Source: Candidatus Kuenenbacteria bacterium (GTDB lineage Bacteria; Patescibacteriota; Patescibacteriia; UBA2196; GWA2-42-15). Taken from it: DNA of 35,260 nucleotides. The notes below the pieces were generated by a model that was not told the origin of the DNA, searched no databases, and worked only from the letters and a program-made list of their open reading frames with translations. This document shows positions 35,121 through 35,260 of the stretch, in pieces (positions within the stretch are counted from its first letter, which is position 1; each line of letters begins with the position of its first letter). Both the position numbers and the translations under genes were made by a program. Location: NCBI GenBank assembly GCA_012798565.1, contig JAAZMX010000034.1, positions 1 to 35,260 of the forward strand. The letters are read 5' to 3'.

Positions 35121-35260
35121 TGCAGAAGATGAGATACATAGGTAACACCCATAAATTGCCCAAAGTAAAAGTTTTGGGTAAAATCAAAGGTTAATTCTAA
35201 TGTATTTTATCTTATGAGAAATTACCAGGAACGCGGTTTAATATGTCTTGATCTTTGGCG
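35121..35260 (+). mobile_element. IS-like terminal sequence, copy 2, running off the window
   Basis: Reverse complement of 1-137. It contains an outward-reading ORF start MRNYQERGLICLDLW (ATG at 35214) that could be a transposase N-terminus. Confidence 0.6.

Overview
A 35-kb chromosomal segment, most likely from a Patescibacteria/CPR (Parcubacteria-like) bacterium using genetic code 11. That assignment is inferred from the missing rpmD/L30, extended r-proteins, short AlaRS, dimeric-type GlyRS and lack of Shine-Dalgarno sites. The left half (mostly minus strand) holds a CAP-domain protein, two GT4 glycosyltransferases, a divergent receiver/histidine-kinase pair and the tuf-S10-spc cluster through secY. 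The right half (mostly plus strand) holds a degenerate S26 peptidase, GlyRS, an M16 peptidase, an AI-2E transporter, tRNA-Asn, a GNAT-like protein, mnmA, a PAP2-like protein, an ADP-forming acyl-CoA ligase, recJ, RNase HI and alaS. The standout is at 25768-26020: a consensus sigma70 promoter drives a 19-aa leader peptide with 8 Asn codons (MQRLTNNFNNNNNNRWRVG) inside a complete protector/antiterminator/terminator attenuator, and the first gene downstream is tRNA-Asn(GTT) itself, held in a 16-bp flanking stem. This looks like a ribosome-mediated attenuator in which a tRNA gene is controlled by decoding of its own codons. Also notable are a 137-bp perfect inverted repeat at both window ends (IS-like end), palindromic and 8-bp repeats inserted in-frame into mnmA and alaS, many leaderless genes, and an r-protein operon that may lie on the lagging strand.
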